A stretch of DNA of 64,000 nucleotides. Source: an uncultured cyanobacterium. Lineage in GTDB: Bacteria; Cyanobacteriota; Cyanobacteriia; Pseudanabaenales; Pseudanabaenaceae. The notes beneath the pieces are model-generated. The model searched no databases and was not told the DNA's origin. It saw nothing but the letters and a program-made list of their open reading frames with translations. Location: contig OY969811.1 in assembly GCA_963703315.1 (NCBI GenBank), positions 1,344,001 to 1,408,000 of the forward strand. The letters run 5' to 3'. Both the position numbers and the translations under genes were made by a program. Below, one piece after another: positions 59,874 to 64,000 of the stretch (its first letter is position 1; every line of letters starts with the position of its first letter).

Positions 59874-61262
59874 TTAATTTACTAGAGTTTTGTCTTTGAT
59901 ATGCAAAACCACTAGGGTCATGTCATCGGTATGAGTATGCCCTTCTCCAATAAAGTTTTGCACTTCTTGGAAAATATAGTCAAGAATCATTTGTGGGCGC
60001 GTTACATCTTCGGATAGCGGGAAGCAATGCTGACAAGCCCAGTCTAACGCCTTGCGGAGATTTTCTTCGTCAAAGCGATCGCCTTCAGGACTCGCTGCTT
60101 CGGTAAAGCCATCGGTGTAATAAATGACGACATCACCAGAATGTAAATGCGTCTTGCGTTCCTCATACTTAGAGCCAGCCTCTAGACCGATTAACGCTCC
60201 CATCGTGTCAAGGGCATGAATGCTACGAGTTTTTGCGCGCCAATGCAATGCAGGAGTATGAGCAGCATTACTAAACGAAAGAATCTGCGTAGTGGGATCG
60301 TATTCTGAATAAAACATCGTTACGAAGCGATGGGATTTTTCCAGATCCTCATACATCACTTCGTTGAGATGTTCCAAGATTTTGCTAGGGGAATGATTGT
60401 TTAACACCTCTGCTCGTAACATCCCCCGTGTCATTGTCATGATTAAACCTGCGGGAACCCCCTTACCCATGACATCGCCGACTACAAAACTCCAGCGATC
60501 GCCCTTTTGCATGGGAATAAAATCATAATAATCGCCACCCACACGGCTCGCTGTCGAACATCGTGCTGAGATTTCAATACCTTCGATTTTCGGACAATTG
60601 CGCGGTAAGAGTTGGCGTTGAATTTCAGCACCAATCTCCATCTCGCGATCTTGACGCTCTTTTTTGATCAGTTCACTGGTGAGTTCGTGATTTTCTAAAC
60701 CTACCGATGTTTGATCGGCAACTAACCGCATCAAAGTACGCTTGTTATCTGTCCAAATATAATCAGGTTTACGACTAAATATATATAGACGACCACGCAC
60801 TGCATTTTTGACTAAAACCGAAGTGCCGTACAAATGCACATCTGCACCCAAATAGCGACTAACCATTTCATCAAGGGCGGTGGGGCTACCTGTTAAAACC
60901 TGTTGGATCGCTCGTTCGATCGCCGTGCGTACCTGTTGCGCTTTCATGCCACCTTGATTACGCTCAGGACAATGCAACGACTCTAGGCGCATCTGTCCAC
61001 TGGCTTTAAACAAAATTAGCGCACCACCATCGGAGTCAGTTACGCGACTGGCAATCAGGGGGATTAATTCTAAAAATTGGTTGAGGTTACTAAAGCTGCG
61101 GAGAGCGTAACCCAAGAAGCTAAGCAGCTCATGGATTTTATTTTGATCCTGACTCATCCGTTTGAGCAGGTCTTTGAGATCTTTCATCACCATTACAGAC
61201 GCATTGTCTATGTCTGGCTGTGGTGATAATGATCTGTTTCTAGGTGGCAATGATAGAGACAT
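59874..61262 (-). CDS. GAF - PP2C (SpoIIE/RsbU-like) serine/threonine phosphatase
   Basis: VGGDYYD, GDVMGKG, YTDG.TEA and DDMT motifs. Confidence 0.92.
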   Translation of the reverse strand: MSLSLPPRNRSLSPQPDIDNASVMVMKDLKDLLKRMSQDQNKIHELLSFLGYALRSFSNLNQFLELIPLIASRVTDSDGGALILFKASGQMRLESLHCPERNQGGMKAQQVRTAIERAIQQVLTGSPTALDEMVSRYLGADVHLYGTSVLVKNAVRGRLYIFSRKPDYIWTDNKRTLMRLVADQTSVGLENHELTSELIKKERQDREMEIGAEIQRQLLPRNCPKIEGIEISARCSTASRVGGDYYDFIPMQKGDRWSFVVGDVMGKGVPAGLIMTMTRGMLRAEVLNNHSPSKILEHLNEVMYEDLEKSHRFVTMFYSEYDPTTQILSFSNAAHTPALHWRAKTRSIHALDTMGALIGLEAGSKYEERKTHLHSGDVVIYYTDGFTEAASPEGDRFDEENLRKALDWACQHCFPLSEDVTRPQMILDYIFQEVQNFIGEGHTHTDDMTLVVLHIKDKTLVN

Positions 61263-61465
61263 ACCAATGCTGCAACGCTAGGTGGTTTATAGGAAAGCTA
61301 TTTTGTGAAAGCTAATTTAGTCAAACAGTTTAGCCTTAGTTGGACAAAAAATACGACTAATTTTTTTAATTGAGAGGCGCTTTGCATCTCTCAAGTTTAA
61401 TCAACTAAAACTACAACCTGAGGCGCTCGCCTCAGGTTGTAGTTTTAGCTCAATTAATTGCGTAC

Positions 61466-63124
61466 TTAATTGCTTAATAAAGCCTCGACAAATTCGTAGC
61501 TCGAAAATGGGCGCAAGTCTTCAATGCCTTCACCAGCACCGATAAATCTGATCGGTAATCCTAATTGTTGGACTACCGCGATCGCCACACCACCTTTAGC
61601 CGTACCATCAAGTTTTGTGAGAATTACACCCGTAATGCCTGCGGATTGGGCAAAGACTTCTGCTTGCTTTAGTCCATTTTGACCGAGGGTGGAGTCTAGA
61701 ACTAGCAGAGATTCGATCTTGGCATCGGCAGATTTTTTATCGACAATGCGGCGAATTTTGCTGAGTTCTTCCATCAGATTCTTCTTGTTTTGCAATCTGC
61801 CAGCAGTATCTACCAGTAATAGCTCTGTACCTCTAGCTTGAGCAGCAGAGATCGCATCAAAAACGACGGCGGCGGGATCAGCGTTTTGGGCGGGGTTACA
61901 AATTACGTCCACATTCGATCGCTGTCCCCAACTCTTGACTTGTTCAACCGCAGCCGCACGGAAAGTATCGGCAGCAGCAATGAGAGTTTTATAACCAGAT
62001 TTGACACTCAGGTGGGATAGCTTGCCAATGGTCGTGGTTTTACCTGCACCATTTACACCTGTAATCAACCAAATATTCAGTTGATTTTTTTCAGGGATCA
62101 GCATTGGGATTGGCTCACCCCCCTTCTGGGCTGATACATCGAGCATCTCCCGTAGAATTTGTTTGAGATAGGCGATCGCCTCTTCTGGTGGCAAAACTTC
62201 TTTGCGGAGTTTGTCTTGCAATTTAGCAATAATTTGATCAGTTGCCTTGACCCCGACATCTGCCTGTAAAAGCAATGCCTCAATATCATCAACGGAGTCA
62301 GCACTAAGCGGACCTTGCCCAACGATCGCCTTTAGCTGATTAACCAGTGATAAACGAGTTTTATCTAAGCCTTGACGCAGACGATTTAACCATGTGATTT
62401 CTTCGACAGAAATTTCTTCAGGGCGACGACCTTGAGATGCGAGGACTTCAGCTGACCAGATAAAATCATCATCAAACTTGATCGTGGCTTTGCGTCTAGG
62501 TGGAACTTTAACTTCTGGCTCTGGTTCAACGATCGCCGTAGCTTCGAGGGCAGCAATGCGGGCAAGGCGATCGCTTTCTGACTGCATCCAAAAAGGTACA
62601 GCCGCAGTTTCTGGTTCTGCTGTAGTTTCGATGCTTGTTTCAGCGATCGTTGTTGCTGGTGGTATTTCTTCTAGTGATCTTTCTATTTCGTCTAGTAATC
62701 CTTCTACATATGTCTCAACTGCATTCACAGCAACTGTTTCAGGGGTTTTTACTGTCGCTGCAATAATTTCTGGTTCCTCAAGCTTGGATTCAGGATCAGG
62801 ACTTTCAGGATCAATTTCTGAATCAATAATTTCAGGTTGAGTGATTTCAGCTTCAGTAATTTCTGGCTTAGTGACCTCTGGCTCAGCAACTTCTGGCTCA
62901 GCAACTTCAGAGGCTTTATCCTCAGTAATTTCTGCCTGTTGCTGCACATTGGCATAGGCTGCCTTTGCCCAATTGAGTAAATCTTGAGAGGCGGGTGAGG
63001 CGATCGGGCTATTGTCGTCAATGGGTGCAGCTTCAGGTACTGATTCAGTTGGGGCTGACTCTACAGGTTGATCCTTTTCATCTTTTTCATCATCAAACTT
63101 TCGCCGAAACCAGTTAAACACCAT
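61466..63124 (-). CDS. ftsY: SRP receptor FtsY with long acidic N-terminus
   Basis: GVNGAGKTTT, DTFRAAA, DTAGR, TKLDGTAKGG; acidic pentapeptide-like repeats (EVAEP/EVTKP/EITEA). Confidence 0.96.
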   Translation of the reverse strand: MVFNWFRRKFDDEKDEKDQPVESAPTESVPEAAPIDDNSPIASPASQDLLNWAKAAYANVQQQAEITEDKASEVAEPEVAEPEVTKPEITEAEITQPEIIDSEIDPESPDPESKLEEPEIIAATVKTPETVAVNAVETYVEGLLDEIERSLEEIPPATTIAETSIETTAEPETAAVPFWMQSESDRLARIAALEATAIVEPEPEVKVPPRRKATIKFDDDFIWSAEVLASQGRRPEEISVEEITWLNRLRQGLDKTRLSLVNQLKAIVGQGPLSADSVDDIEALLLQADVGVKATDQIIAKLQDKLRKEVLPPEEAIAYLKQILREMLDVSAQKGGEPIPMLIPEKNQLNIWLITGVNGAGKTTTIGKLSHLSVKSGYKTLIAAADTFRAAAVEQVKSWGQRSNVDVICNPAQNADPAAVVFDAISAAQARGTELLLVDTAGRLQNKKNLMEELSKIRRIVDKKSADAKIESLLVLDSTLGQNGLKQAEVFAQSAGITGVILTKLDGTAKGGVAIAVVQQLGLPIRFIGAGEGIEDLRPFSSYEFVEALLSN

Positions 63125-63158
63125 ACTAATACCCTCGCGCAATGCCTCAATCTACAAC

Positions 63159-63215
63159 AAACTCAATCGTAGTTTTAGAGAGCCAGTCTGGCTCTCTAAA
63201 ACTACGATTGAGTTT
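63159..63215. repeat. Long perfect hairpin upstream of ftsY
   Basis: AAACTCAATCGTAGTTTTAGAGAGCCAG-T-CTGGCTCTCTAAAACTACGATTGAGTTT. Confidence 0.75.
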
Positions 63216-63417
63216 ATTATCAGCTTACTAGGATAGTTTACGGTGTATGGGTTATTAGCACTTAATCTGGGCTAGACGGTTTTCCGAAATCACAAAAAAA
63301 TAAGCGACACAATGTGTCGCTTATAAATTACCCAAACCTGTAAAGTTTCGCCCCTGCGGGGCGAAACTTTACAGGTTTGGAATTTATTTACAAATCGTAT
63401 TTACAAATCGAAGATGT

Positions 63418-63771
63418 TTATCTCTTTTTAATATCTTTCGCCATATTCAAGAAGATATCCATGCTCGAATCTACACGATTATTAAGTCTCTTTGGTTCAA
63501 ATGTAGATGGAGAAATTGATGCAGATGAACTGCTGCTAGTGGTTTCAATTTCTGTACCTTCTGTTTTCTCGGTTGCAGACACGACTTCCACAATTTCAGC
63601 GCCTTTTTTGCCGTTAACAGTGGGGAATGTTTTTTTGACCGCTTTGGGGGTTCGCATATAGTCAATATCACCAAAGGTCTTAGCAGAATCTTGATCGAGG
63701 AAAAACTCAGAACCTTGCTTGTCTGAGTCTTCATTTTTATCTTTTTTGCCAAATAAGCCAAAAAGAGCCAT
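63418..63771 (-). CDS. Conserved cyanobacterial hypothetical protein
   Basis: LFGLF, FFLD.D.AKTFGDI.YMR....KKTFP and D.SMD.F.NMA..I motifs. Confidence 0.75.
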   Translation of the reverse strand: MALFGLFGKKDKNEDSDKQGSEFFLDQDSAKTFGDIDYMRTPKAVKKTFPTVNGKKGAEIVEVVSATEKTEGTEIETTSSSSSASISPSTFEPKRLNNRVDSSMDIFLNMAKDIKKR

Positions 63772-64000
63772 GTATTTATACCTTTTTCTAAATTTTTATT
63801 GAATTTATTTTTATGTTGTGATGTGTAACATTTTAGCAATATAAGTCTATAAAAATAAATCAATTGATAAATAAATCACAAAAAATATAACTTCAGATGG
63901 TTGTTGGATTTGCAAGCCCAAGAAATGATTGGCGGCGCTTAGCGCCGCCAATCATTTCTTGGGCGATGGCTATAGCGCTTTTCAAGCCAGTGAGATGCAG

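Overview
Chromosomal window from a cyanobacterium. HIP1 (GCGATCGC) is very abundant and the gene set is cyanobacterial; the style of intergenic palindromes suggests a Pseudanabaena-like genome (inference). Most of the window is housekeeping and signalling: wzc-like kinase (partial), BLUF protein, mlaE, scpA, NAD kinase, ruvA, tRNA-Arg(ACG), LCP, smc, gltB, an adenylate cyclase, pyrB, gvpK, two hybrid histidine kinases, tldD, a gvpV-like gene, metK, a DUF39 protein, a GH19 hydrolase, 6S RNA, initiator tRNA-Met, a PP2C phosphatase and ftsY. Two regions stand out. (1) A five-gene protoglobin - V4R - roadblock/MglB - MglA-like GTPase - DUF4388/PATAN operon (10448-13565), divergent from a NACHT NTPase. 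(2) An accessory island (about 26060-30780) in which toxin-antitoxin/HNH cassettes are separated by same-orientation, HIP1-punctuated higher-order repeat arrays. The island also holds an internally deleted dioxygenase, a foreign-looking 394-aa ORF and a string of orphan or chimeric antitoxins. Most intergenic spaces carry long GC-core hairpins or MITE-like elements. All calls are from motif recognition only; no database searches were run.
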